From: Octopus sinensis
Taxonomy: Eukaryota
Assembly: GCF_006345805.1 (NCBI RefSeq)
Contig: NC_043022.1
Coordinates: 8,184,001 to 8,248,000, forward strand
DNA: 64,000 bases
Direction: 5' to 3'
Shown here: in pieces, positions 1 to 11,754 of the stretch
How positions within the stretch are numbered: position 1 is the first letter of the stretch
How the letters are laid out: every line of letters begins with the position of its first letter
Program-made: the position numbers and the translations under genes
Notes under the pieces: generated by a model
The model's input: the letters and a program-made list of their open reading frames with translations, nothing else
The model's database searches: none
Told to the model about the DNA's origin: nothing

Positions 1-579
1 GCAGACCCAAAATGCCGATTCTGCAACGACATGATTGAAACAGTGGACCACCTAATCTCTGGATGTAAAGTCTTAGCACCAGTGAAGTATAAATTAAGAC
101 ATGACAGAGTTGGCCAATATCTCCACTGGCTAATAAGTCAGCATTACAATATCAAAACTGCCGACAAGTGGTATAATCACCACCCTGAGGCTGTAACTGA
201 AGGAGAAAATGTAACCATTCTGTGGGACTTTCCAGTACATACAGACCGTACCATCAAGGCCAATAAACCAGATATTGTTGTGAAAGACCAAAACAATAAA
301 GTTTGCTTATTGATTGACATGAACATCCCCTGTGATCATAATATCTCAGCGAAAGAGTTTGACAAGCTCAGAAAATATAAAGACCTACTCATTGAAATTG
401 AGAAAATGTGGCATCTCAAGGCGGTTACAATACCAGTGATCGTAGGAGCACTAGGAATGATCAAGAAGGGAACCGAAAATTATATGAGAATGATCCCTGG
501 CTTACCATCCCTGCAAGAAGTGCAAAAGATTGTCTTAACTGGTACATCACACGTATTGAGAAGAGCATTGTCGATGTGA
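1..579 (+). CDS. C-terminal part of an RLE-type (R4/Dong-like) non-LTR retrotransposon ORF: CCHC zinc knuckle plus PD-(D/E)xK endonuclease; 5' end lies outside the window
   Basis: Frame 1 is open from base 1: ADPKCRFC..ETVDHLISGC (CCHC), RHD, ILWDF, KPDIVV..LLIDMNIP..KLRKY, PVIVGALG. These are the canonical RLE-clade motifs. Confidence 0.9.
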   Translation, partial: ADPKCRFCNDMIETVDHLISGCKVLAPVKYKLRHDRVGQYLHWLISQHYNIKTADKWYNHHPEAVTEGENVTILWDFPVHTDRTIKANKPDIVVKDQNNKVCLLIDMNIPCDHNISAKEFDKLRKYKDLLIEIEKMWHLKAVTIPVIVGALGMIKKGTENYMRMIPGLPSLQEVQKIVLTGTSHVLRRALSM

Positions 580-764
580 GAACTGTTGCTGCTCATGCAT
601 TTTAATTTAACTTTAAAAAATAAAAAAAAAATAAAAAAAAAACATGAACGAACTACTGAGTTTGGTTTAATGGCCTACCAATATACACTATGAGTTTCTT
701 TGCCCTAGGAGTCGGGAAGACACTCGGCAAGAAATGGAAGAAAATTTGAAAGAAGAAAAAAAAA

Positions 765-801
<37 letters not shown>

Positions 802-810
802 TAATAATAA
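1..810 (+). mobile_element. 3' end of R4/Dong-like LINE with ~185 bp 3' UTR abutting a (TAA)n tract
   Basis: ORF stop at 579, UTR to ~765, then (TAA)n at 766-810. Dong-type elements are known to target TAA repeats. Confidence 0.75.
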
Positions 811-1391
811 TACACACATACACACACATATACATACATATATATTTACTATACACACACACTCATATTTTGAGTTATTTTTCCTGTTTGCATCACCAAA
901 CCTCTGCACACACACACATACATACACATGCACACACACGTATATATATATATCTGTGTGCGCGCGTGTGTGTGTGTGTGTAGGAACACACACATTATTT
1001 ATTTAGCAGCTACTTGTGGTAATACTTACTCCACCGTGCATCCTTCAGTTCTTCTTATTGCTTATAACTCAGTGAAAAATGATGACTGCAAGAGGTGTTG
1101 TGTTTTGTTATATATTGTATAGAGACTATTGGGAAAAATAAGGAAAATGTGTAGCAAGCAAAATAACGTTATTTCATTAGCAAGTTGAAGATAAAACTGA
1201 AAACAAATCAATGACTACTTGATTAAAGATGTTCAGAGTTTTATTCTAAGAGAGGAAAAGCTCTCTCTCTCTCTCTCTTTCTCTTTTGCTCTTTCTCATT
1301 GTGTGTGTGTGCACATGTGTATATATATATATATGTGTATGTATATGTATATGTATGTATATATATATATATATTATTTTATTCTTTCATT

Positions 1392-1762
1392 CTTTTATTT
1401 GTTTCAGTCATTTGACTGCAGCCATGCTGGAGCACCCCCTTCAGTCGAACAAATCGACTCCAGGACTTATTCTTTGTAAGCCTAGTACTTATTCTATCAT
1501 TCTCTATTGCTGAACCACTAATTTATGGGGACATAAACACACCAACATCGGTTGTGGAGGGACAAACACAGACACAGAAACACACACACACACGCACACA
1601 CATGATGGGATTCTTTCAGTTTCCGTCTACCAAATCGACTCACAGGGCTTTGATTGACCTGAGGCTATAGTAGAAGACACTTTCCCAAGGTGCCACGCAG
1701 TGGGACTGAACCCAGAACCATGTAGTTGGTAAGCAAGATACTTACAATACAGCTAATCCTGT
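1392..1762 (-). mobile_element. SINE family A (tRNA-like head, internal (CA/TA)n, tail ...ccagcatggccgcagtcaaatgactgaaacaagtaaaaga)
   Basis: Reverse complement of the copies at 54520-54895 and 61661-62308; at least ten copies in the window. Confidence 0.85.
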
Positions 1763-2364
1763 TATATATATATATATATTTATCTTTGATTGCATTGTTT
1801 ACATAGAGGTATTTATATATGAAACATGATAAGAAATCAGTACTGGCTCTAATTTTGAAAGAAAATTCGTAGAGACACCCTTAATATATAGAATATATAT
1901 ATATGGTGGGCTCTTGCATTGAAGACACCATATGAACATTCAACTTTGGCTGAATGACTTGCACAAATGATTTGTTTATAGTGATCAAATGTTCATGCCA
2001 CACCTTAGCTCACTCCCTCCATCAAACTGACATTGTCTGAACTGGTTCACAGTGTAAAATGCATCAGGTGTCAAAGTGATTGCAGAGCAACATAAAATGA
2101 AGTGTTTTGCTCAAGAACACAATGCACCACCTGGTCTAGGAATTGAACTTCTAATTGCTAGATTGTGAGTGCAACGTGCTAACTACTAGGTCATGTGCCC
2201 TCATACATACATACCTACATACATACATACATACATACACACACGCACACACACACACATACATACATACATGCATACATGCATACATACATACATAGAT
2301 ACATACATACATACATATATACATAAATACATACATACATACATGCAAACATACATACATATAA

Positions 2365-2570
2365 GAAGAATCTGGGATTTTCAGAAAGAGAAATCAACTG
2401 GCTAATTCGTACATCACAAGTGCAATCTGAGGGGAACAGTAAAAATATGCAAGACTTTTCTCAAGTTCCAAATGCGAATTTGTGTGTGTTAACTACATCC
2501 CAAAGATGGGGCCTTGTATCTTTGTTGGAAACCGGCTCCCTCCTCAGTGGAAGATTTATAATAATTAAGA
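2365..2570 (+). mobile_element. Short 3' fragment of a second RLE-type LINE family
   Basis: Translates (with a frameshift) as NLGFSEREINWLIR..GTVKICKTFLKF. DNA matches 52810-52990, including 'gcaagacttttctcaagtt' and 'ttgtatctttgttggaaa'. Confidence 0.6.
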
Positions 2571-2800
2571 AATAGAAGAGACACACATATGTTACGAGAT
2601 TTCAGATCTTAGCTCCAGTTTGTATATAACTGACTCCCTTTCTCTCTCCAAAACCCAGAAGCCCACAAAAGTGTCATAGATGCTACCCTTTTAATCTCTT
2701 ACTAAATCATTAAATATGGGTTGATGTCTATGGGGAAAAAATATTGTTAGAGAAGAAAGGTTGATATTCTGTGTTGGGAGAAAATAAATTTGGTTGACAA

Positions 2801-3155
2801 GTGTGCAGGCATGGCTGTGCGGTAAAAAGTTTATTTGTTTATTTATCAACCACATAGCCCCGGGAACCTTTGGCCGACTAAGGCCTTGTAAGTGAATTTG
2901 GTGCATGGAAACTGAAAGAAACCCGTCATATGTGTGTGTGCGTGTATGTCTGTATTTGTCCTCCACCAGTATTTGTCAACCAGTGATGGTTTGTTTATGT
3001 CCCCTGTAACTTAGTCATTCAGCAAAAGAGGTTATTAGACAAAGTACCAGGCTTAACACAATAAATTCTTGTATTGATTCGTTTGACTAAAATTCTTCAA
3101 GGCAATGCCCCAGCATGGCTGCAGTCCAATGACTGAAACAAGTAGAAGATAAAAA
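2801..3155 (+). mobile_element. SINE family A, diverged copy
   Basis: Head gtgcaggcatggctgtg, body cttgtaagtgaatttgg..aaactgaaagaaacccgtc, tail cagcatggctgcagtccaatgactgaaacaagt. Confidence 0.8.
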
Positions 3156-3499
3156 ATAATGATATTTTAGCTTTAGCTTTAGGCCCTCCTCCACTTCTCA
3201 GCATATTGGGCAGCAAAATATAGAAACTGGAACTCAGAATCAGACCCTTTGAAGCCCTATTTTCCTCTCATTTGTCATTAAAGCCCATCATAATTGATAT
3301 TTCTCTACTGCTTTCTTCCTTATGTCAATCATTCTCATGAATTTCTCCTGCTATTTATTTACCAATTCCTGATTTGTACAGAGTTGGGTAACTGACCCAG
3401 AGCCCAACACCCCTGTATCTTTCTCCAGGCTTTGGGCCAACATCAATACAGTTATGTAATGATGGCACAATATTGCATGTTGTCAAAGCTCAAGCTGGG

Positions 3500-4130
3500 A
3501 GAATCATTAGCGTGTCAGGCAAAATGCTTAGAGGTATTTTGTCCATCATTTAGGCAGCGAGCTGGCAGAATCATTAGCGCGCCGGACAAAATGCTTAGCG
3601 GTATTTCATCTGCCGCTACGTTCTGAGTTCAAATTCCGCCAAGGTTGACTTTGCCTTTCATCCTTCCGGGGTGGATTAAATAAGTACCAGTTACGCACTG
3701 GGATCGATATAATCGACTTAATCTGTTTGTCTGTCCTTGTTTGTCCTCTCTGTGTTTAGCCCCTTGTGGGTAGTAAAGAAATAGTTATTTCTTCTGCCGC
3801 TACAATCTGATTTCAAATTCTGCCGAAGTAGACTTTGCCTTTCATCCTTTCGGGGTCGATTAAATAAGTACCAGTTACGCACTGGGGTCGATATAATCGA
3901 CTTAATCTGTTTGTCTGTCCTTGTTTGTCCTCTCTGTGTTTAGCCCCTTGTGGGTAGTAAAGAAATAGGTATTTTGTCCATCATTACGTTCTGAGTTCAA
4001 ATTCTGCTGCAGTCAACTTTACCTTTTATCTTTTCTGGGTCCATATAAAAGTACCAGTTGAGCATCAGGTTTGATGTAATTGACTTACTCTCTTCCATGA
4101 CAGTACTGGCTTTGTGCCAAAATTTGAAGG
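3500..4130 (+). mobile_element. Nested/tandem SINE family B cluster
   Basis: Outer copy split by an insert flanked by the 18-bp duplication ggtattttgtccatcatt (3533-3550, 3968-3985). The insert carries two ~185-bp bodies. Confidence 0.8.
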
Positions 4131-4369
4131 CAATACTATACGTGGTCACCTTGATGCATGCATAGTTCAATGCCTGATGCATCGGCCCATTTTTCCCTCT
4201 CTACAAATAGAGTTCTAATAGATAATCAATCAATATTTATTTATCTCATGCAAGTAAGATAAATATTGTAAATTAGATGTAGATTTATGATTAAGCTCTG
4301 GTTGTTCAATAAGTATGGTTGCATTGGTTTTTATTTCTTTTTCTTTTGATTGATTTTTGTTGTTTTTAT

Positions 4370-4700
4370 TTTTCATCATCATCATCATCACCATAACATC
4401 ATCACCATCCTCATCATCACCATTCTCATCATCTAATGTCTGCTTTCCATGCTGGCATGGGTTGGATGGTTTGACAGGAACTGGCAAGCTGAGGAGCTTC
4501 CCAGATTCCAGTTGTCTAGTTTGGCATGGTTTCTATGGTTGGATGCCCTTCCTAATGCCAACCATTTTCACAGAGTGCACTGGGTGCTTTTTATGTGGCA
4601 CTGGCATGGGCACTTTGATGTGGCACCAGCATGGGTGTTTCTGCATGGTACCAGCATGAGTGCATTTTATGTAACACCAGCTCCTGCGAGACCTCAAGGG
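4370..4700 (-). mobile_element. SINE-like family D (core ggttggcattaggaagggcatcca, (GAT)n tail)
   Basis: Same core recurs at 19655-19930, 31150-31445, 34680-34890 and 45440-45760, usually ending in a gatgatgat tail. Confidence 0.7.
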
Positions 4701-5460
4701 AAGGACCTCTCTTAGGGTGAGGGCCTTTGTTATCAACAAAGGTAGTAATTTCCACTCACATGGCATTAGTTGATCCAGTGGGACTGAACCTGAAATCATG
4801 TAGTTGCAAAGCAAGCCTCTTAATCATGCAGTGTCCTTTTTTGAGTTTGAAAAGCATTATTTCTGATGTTTACATTTTATGCCAATATACTTCTGCAAAA
4901 GATATTCTCATGGATACATCATACACACGACAAGTCTTCACTCTACAGCCAAGTCTTATTCATAAACTATTGGCTAACAGGAGACTTCAGTAGAACTAGA
5001 CACTTGCTGATGGTGGCACACAACAGGATCACACTTGGAACCTAGGAGATATGAAGTAAAACTTCTATACCAAACAGGCACTTCTATAATTTGTTCAATA
5101 TCAATAAATTTACTATGATTCCGCCAGACCATTGCCAGGTGTCATATTTTATAAATACAATAAAATGCAAGATATTGATATACTTCACAAATCCAGAATC
5201 CGTTGTTGAATAGGAGTTAACAAAGCAGAATGACAGGAAATCGGTAGAGCCATTAGAGCATTCAATAAAATGCCTTGTGGTTTATGTTCCAACGCTTTAT
5301 GCTCTGAGTTCAATTACTGCCAGGGATAACTTTGCTTTCATCGTTTCAGGGTGATAAAAATAAAGTATCAGTCAAGTGCTGGGATTTAATGATTTTTGCT
5401 ATCCCTACAGCCATTGACTTTCTTGAAAGCCATGTCACTATTTTTCACACAATCATTTTA

Positions 5461-5750
5461 GTGGAGGCTCATGGCCTAGTGGTTAGAGCAGCGGACTTGC
5501 GGTCGAGGGATCGTGGGTTCGAATCTCACACCGGGCGATGTGTGTGTTTATGAGCGAAACACCTAAGCTCCATGTGGTTCTGGCAGAAGGTAATGGCGAA
5601 CATCTCCTGACTCTTTCGCCACAACTTTCTCTCACTCTTTCCTCCTGCATCTAGCAGCTCACCTGCGATGGACCAGCGTCCCGTCCAGCTGGGGAACCTA
5701 TACGAAACCGGCCGTTATGAGCCAGGCCTGGTTCGAGAAGGAACAAACAA
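5461..5750 (+). mobile_element. tRNA-derived SINE family C
   Basis: A-box tggcctagtgg and B-box gggttcgaatc followed by a non-tRNA body. Near-identical copy at 37139-37430 and head-only copy at 11395-11500 (-). Confidence 0.85.
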
Positions 5751-5909
5751 AAAAAAAACCCAATGATTTTGCTTTGCTTAACTGCCCCATAAACACATGA
5801 AAGAAGGTTTGTTAAAATATACATAGTAGTGACTGAGGCAGTAGCAATACTGAGGGGTAATATCTATCCCCTCTCAAATGTAGATGCTTATTATAGCAAA
5901 CTTTACTGC

Positions 5910-6396
5910 GGTAGATATCATGTGAGAAACTCTCATAAGGGAGTTTGGTGCAAAGTGCGCACTTGTTTATATTGCTAGCAAGGAGAGAAATCCTCACTAT
6001 CTCTAGTGCTGAGACTACCCGATCACATGATTTCAACCTTCCTTGTTCTCATCAATGATGGATGCTTGACTACTAGAAATAGGAGTGGCTCGTCTCTCCG
6101 CCAGCAATATATATAAAAACAGTGCCAGAGCAGGTGCTGAGGTTGCAATTAGCCAGTAAGCTCGTTAAAGAATATATATTAGTGATAGAGGCAATATTAA
6201 TACTGAGTAGTAACATTTATTTCCACTTAAATGTGAATGTTCTGTTAGACCAATATATACTGTGGTGGATACCACGAGAGAAGCTCTGATATTGGCTTTT
6301 AGTGTAAAATACTGTCTTGTTTATATTGCTAGCTTATAAACAAGAGTGTATTTTGCTCCAAAGGCCAATATGAGAGTTTCTCTCATGGCATCTACC
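5910..6396. repeat. Diverged inverted repeat pair (~70 bp arms), probable old MITE
   Basis: 5910-5979 (ggtagatatcatgtgagaaactctcata..cttgtttata) aligns to the reverse complement of 6329-6396. Confidence 0.55.
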
Positions 6397-7089
6397 CACG
6401 TTCAAGTGGGGATAAATTTTACTTGAAAGAAGAGTACCTCATGTACCCAGATAGCTGTCCAAACAAGAAATTCATTTTCTTTAGGTCAACACAAATGAAC
6501 CACTGGTGCTCGTGATAGCAGGGTTACTTTAAGGCAATTTTGATATTTTCATATTCTTCTTTAAGTTTAATTAAACGAGCAATTGGTAAAGATGTCTAGC
6601 AGTTTCCATTGTGTTATAAAACATAATTTAAGCTTCTTCTGAAGCTATCTGTATAATCCTTTCTGCTATAAGCACAAAGCATCAAGTTTGGGGAAGGTGG
6701 CTAGTTGATTAGATCAACCCAGTGCTCAAGCAGTACTTATTTTATCCACCCTGAAAGGATGAAAAACAAAGTCAACCTCAATGTAATTTGAACACAGAAC
6801 AGAAAGATGGATGAAAGGCCACTGAGTACTTTGTTTGACATACTGACAGCTCACCACCTTAAGGAGTTAGTGGTAAGAAACTCTCAAAAGAACTGAACAA
6901 CAGAATGTCTTCAGAGAAGATACAGCCCTCAAGCAAGTGTTTTGGCTCTTAATTTCTGAAAGGAGCTATCTAGATAATGCTGCCAATTTTGTGGTTGATA
7001 TTCTGGCATTCCTGTTTGGAGAAAAAGTCCAGAGATGTTCTTAGAGCCATGCTGGGGCACCAATATTTTAGTTGAATGAATAGACCCCT

Positions 7090-7395
7090 TAAACCTGGTA
7101 CTTATTCTAATGGTCTCTTTTGCTGAACCGTTGAGTTACAGAGATTTAATTAAACACCCCAACACTGGTTGTCAAGTGGTGGCGGAGGGGACATACACAA
7201 ACACAAAGACACACACACACACATATAATTCTTTTATTGTTTTTACTTGTTTCAGTCATTTGACTGCGGCCATATTGACTCCAGGACTTATTCTTTGTAA
7301 GCCTAGTACTTATTCTATCAGTTACTTTTGCCAAACCACTAAGTTACACTAACATCGGTCGTCATGTGATGGTTGGGGGACATAGACACACAAAT

Positions 7396-7426
<31 letters not shown>

Positions 7427-7579
7427 TATAACATGGGCTTCTTTCAGTTTTCCATCTACTAAATCTACTCACAAGGCTTTAGTCAGCTTGAGGCTATAGC
7501 AGAAGACACTTGCCCAGTCACACAGTGGGACTGAAACCATATGGTTGGGAAGCAAGCTTCTTACCACATAGCCACTCCT

Positions 7580-7580
<1 letters not shown>
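7090..7580 (-). mobile_element. Two interleaved SINE family A copies
   Basis: Repeated ttgtttcagtcatttgactgcggcc tail and ctttcagtttcc..aaatctactcacaaggc body segments. Confidence 0.7.
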
Positions 7581-7628
<48 letters not shown>

Positions 7629-7629
7629 A

Positions 7630-7664
<35 letters not shown>

Positions 7665-7944
7665 GTGTATATATATATATATATATACGTGTATATATAT
7701 ATATATATACGTGTATGTATGTATGTATATATGTTTGTATATATATATATTTGATAAAAATGAATAGAAATGATTTTCTGGTTATTTTTCCACTTTAATA
7801 ATTAGATGTTTATAAGTTATTAGTAAACACTTAACTTATAAACATCTAATTATTGAAGTGGGAAAATTATCAGAAACGCTATTTCTATTCATTTTTACAA
7901 ATATATATCCCTGTACCAAGGACTTCTATTTCTTATTCTACTAA

Positions 7945-7988
<44 letters not shown>

Positions 7989-8139
7989 CATATAGATGCT
8001 TTCAGTTTCGTCTACCAAATCAAATCACGAGGGTCTGCTCAGCCTGAAGCTGTAGAAGACATTTGCACAAGGTATCATGCAGTGTGACTAAAGCAAACAT
8101 CTTACCTCGTGGCCATGCTATATATATATATATATACAG

Positions 8140-8330
8140 ATGCCATGATAGATCGTTAGCCACTACACACATTTTTTTTCTCTCCTTGTTTTCTGTGTCC
8201 CTTTCTGTAAAAGAGCGTAGGCTCGAAACGTAAAAGACTTTTTCTATTCCTAAGCGTTATACTAATGCATCTGTTTGTTTTTTACACCACCTGTCTTCGT
8301 CTTTTGTTGTTTTTTTCGTAAACTCTCCCT
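8140..8330 (+). mobile_element. Solo Penelope-type pseudo-LTR-like short element between (TA)n tracts, with a degenerate hammerhead motif at 8201-8236
   Basis: cttt-CTGTAAA-A-GAGCgtagGCTC-GAAA-CGTA-aaag. Truncated second copy at 55474-55582 (-). Downstream sequence resembles the PLE terminus at 24300-24400. Confidence 0.55.
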
Positions 8331-8649
8331 ATATATATATATTCAATCCGAATTAGGGAATTTGCAGCCTTTGAAACATGTGTAGAAAATAATAAAAAGG
8401 AATTTTGTAGAATCTTCGTTCAGCTCCATTTCTTCCCTCACTAAATATATAAAACTTCAATTATCCGCGCTAAAGCACGGTTGCGACACCCCATGGTCGT
8501 AACCGCAACCGTGTTATTTCTGTTGTGATTTTTGCTACCCAGGTATCGGTTAAATTTTGAATAATCCGTAACAAGATAATTCATTTATCCATTTCAATAA
8601 ACTATATATATATATATATATATATATACCCAGGCTTATTCCTTGTTTT

Positions 8650-9040
8650 TTATTTTTTTAGGTGGGGGTAGCCACAACAAGATACATCAGGCATTCCATT
8701 CATTTCCCAGCTCAAAGGAGCAAGCCTTGTTCTATGCTTGGGTCAAGGTATAGAATGCAACCCCCAATGTCAGCAGTGGAGCCCAACAACTTATCTTGGT
8801 TCACCCCTGCCACATCGTGCTGGTTCCGTACCCCTTTCAGCAACATCAAATTCACTCATCTGTCCACAAACACTCTCCAAGCTTTCCTATCATTTATAAA
8901 CTCTCTTGCCTCTCTCACTCCAACACCTCTAACCACCAAAGCTTTCCTCACTCCATCCATCCACACAAACCCTGGTCTGTCTCTGGTTCTGCTGCCTACC
9001 ACTTCAGCCTTCATCACTCCTCCTTACCATGCCTGTACCT
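8650..9040 (-). mobile_element. RTE-clade LINE 3' end (ORF2 C-terminus plus UTR), degenerate
   Basis: Minus translation VMKAEVVGSRTRDRPGFVWMDGVRKALVVRGVGVREAREFINDRKAWRVFV* resembles the RTE G-R-RGRP..W.D.V..DR..WR terminus. Confidence 0.7.
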
Positions 9041-9489
9041 AAGTTTATTTTTTAGAGAAGTGCTTTGGTCTCTTTGAACATCAAATTCAGTTTTACTTCT
9101 ACCATATGTGAAAGACACCAAGCTCAGAATTTCTTCAACATCTGACAACAGAAGGTCAGATAGAGAAGTAAACATTGGTATGGCAGTTTCTTGGCTGTGT
9201 GATGCAGATCACTTTGCAGAGTCGAAACCAAAATATTCCCTTAGACATTATTGGTTTTTTTGTTGCGATTGATGACTTTCTCATTAACAACACAAATAAT
9301 TAAAATGGAATGCAGTGAACAATGAAAAAAACACTGAATTTACAAAAAAGACAGGATGGTCACGTTTGGACTGGATTATCTTAGATCAAAAGTTTAGTCA
9401 GTCAAGGTTGTTGATATGAAACTAAATGGTAACAACAACAACCACAACAACAACAAGGTTTTATCTTGGAGAGAGACAGTGACATGCAT

Positions 9490-9885
9490 ACACACTCTCA
9501 CTCTTTCTCTCCCCTCTCTCTTTCTTTCTCTCTCTCTCTCTCTTCTTTCTCTCTCCCTCTCTCTTTCTTTCTCTCTCTCTCCCTCTTTCTTTCTCTCTAC
9601 CGCTCTCTTTCTTTCTCTCTCTGTCTCTCACCTTCACGTTCTCTCTATCTCACACCTTTGCTCTCCCTCTCTCTCACTTTACCTCACCCTCTACCAACTT
9701 CCCCTCTCTCCATTCTTCCTTCACTCTCTTTCAATCACTTTCTCTCTCTTCCTCTCTCTCTCTCACTCACCCTCCCTTGCACATTCTCTCCCTCTCACTC
9801 ACTCTCCCTTGCTCATCTCCCTTCCTCTCTCCCATTTCCCCCTCCTTCTCTCCTTTCTCTTCCTCCCTCCTTCCCTTTCTACCAG
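9490..9885. repeat. CT-rich degenerate microsatellite (polypyrimidine tract)
   Basis: ~400 bp of (CT)n/(CTTT)n variants. Confidence 0.9.
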
Positions 9886-10949
9886 TCTCAGTCAACAATC
9901 CACTGGTAGCTGCATCTGATTAGGAAAAACCTCAACCTCAAGCAATTGGCTCCATTTATCACAATCATGCGAAAAATAAAATGTATTTAATATCGATCGA
10001 TTGATTGATTGATTGATTGATCCATCGATCTTTGCACAGTCTGATGCTGTATCTATCTCTTCTCTTTTACCAGGAGTTCTCTCTTGAAACTGGCCCAATT
10101 CAATTGAGGAGTCTAATCTCTCCATAACTCCAACTTTCTCACTTAACATAAAGTAACAAACAACAACAATAATGATGATGATGATGATGATGATGATGAT
10201 GGTGCTGATGATAATATAATAATGATAATGGTAATGATGATTTCTTTTATTCTTTATTTTTATTATTTTTCTTTTTTTGTATATTTTATTTTTTCATTTT
10301 AAAATAATAACAATAAGGATGATGAAGATGATAATAATAGTAATGATGATGATGATGATGACAGCGAGGATGATGATGAGGATGATGATGATGATAATGG
10401 TGGTGGTGGTGAATTACAAATAAAACCAAAAATATAAGTGTAAAATAGAAAAAAATAAGAATAAATAAAAGACTATTGATTTTTGTGGGCTTTTTTTTTG
10501 CAACAATTTTGCTGAACAATAAACCTGTCCGAAAAAATGTGAGTCGAGACGATACAAGATTGATCCATCTTTGTCTTGATACAATCCTGAGTTATCACAT
10601 CTTTGGTGGTGGCCTAATCTTTTCATATAAAGTTTGAACAAACAAATACTCTGGACCAGATCCAAAAAAAACAAAACAAAACAAAAAAAGATAAAAACAA
10701 AGGCTGTATAACAGAGGATGTTAAGATTTCATTCACTGATATGATAGATACTACAACCAGCAGGCAATAACAACAACAACAAGAACAACAACAATAGTAA
10801 TAATAATGATCATTTCCACAGTAGGCACAAGGCCTGAAATTTAGGGGTGGAGGATAGTCCATTACATCGAACCCCAGTTCTTAACTGGTACTAATTTTAT
10901 TGACCTCAAGAGGATTAAAAATGAAGTCAACCTCAGCAGAATTTGAATT

Positions 10950-10950
10950 A

Positions 10951-10995
<45 letters not shown>

Positions 10996-11109
10996 CATCA
11001 GCAGCAGCAGCAGTCATTGTAGTAGTAGTAGCAGCAGCAGCTAAATAGTAGTAATAGTAGTAGCAGAAATAGTAGTAGTAGTAGTAGTAATAGCAGCAGC
11101 AGCAGCAGC

Positions 11110-11152
<43 letters not shown>

Positions 11153-11155
11153 ACA
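10950..11155. repeat. Mixed (TAG)n/(CAG)n trinucleotide array
   Basis: Visible directly in the sequence. Confidence 0.9.
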
Positions 11156-11754
11156 GCAAGATAAAAAGGGAGGAGAGAAGCATTTTTTGTATGGTTCCTT
11201 CTATCTGCTAGAAACAGTAGCTATGGTTTTTCTGAAATCATACCCTACCAACATTATCATCATCACCATCATCATTTTACAACCATTTTTTTCCATGATG
11301 GCACGAGTAGGATGGGACTTTTTGGAACAATGGCTGTGTCGTCAAGAAGTTTGCTTCCTAGCTACATGGTTTTGGAACCAGCCTCACTGATGGCGCCACA
11401 TGAAGCTTAGGTCTTTCGCTCATAAACACACACATTGCCTAATCTGAAATTTGAACCCACGATCCCTCGACTGTAAGTCCACTGCTCTATCCACTAGGCC
11501 ATGTGCCTCCACGATGCTAAGTTACTGCCAGTCTTCTTTGAAGGTGGTGTGCCATGACCTTTTGGGTCTGTTTCGCTTTCCTTATCCCTTTGGTGGTATG
11601 CATTTTATACCTGTCTTGAGTAAACTTGCTGTGACAGATGGAAAACATGGCTGATAAGTCACACTCATCTTTCCCCCACAATCTCCATCAAGCTACACAA
11701 ATTAGCTCTCTCAGGACTTCAAAGTCTGAAATTCTGTCCTATACTGGGTTTTTT

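Noticed and set aside
2490-2545. Hammerhead-like string in the RLE-LINE 3' UTR (cccaaagatgggg..gaaaccggct; similar at 52930-52970)
   Set aside because: The core is degenerate in both copies and stem II would rely only on G-U pairs.
5461-5540. Possible tRNA gene (A and B boxes, cloverleaf-like)
   Set aside because: No proper acceptor stem or T-run terminator; it continues into a body shared with 37139-37430, so it is a SINE head.
9416-9919. Leu/Ser-rich membrane-like ORFs (167 and 147 aa)
   Set aside because: Translation of a CT microsatellite.
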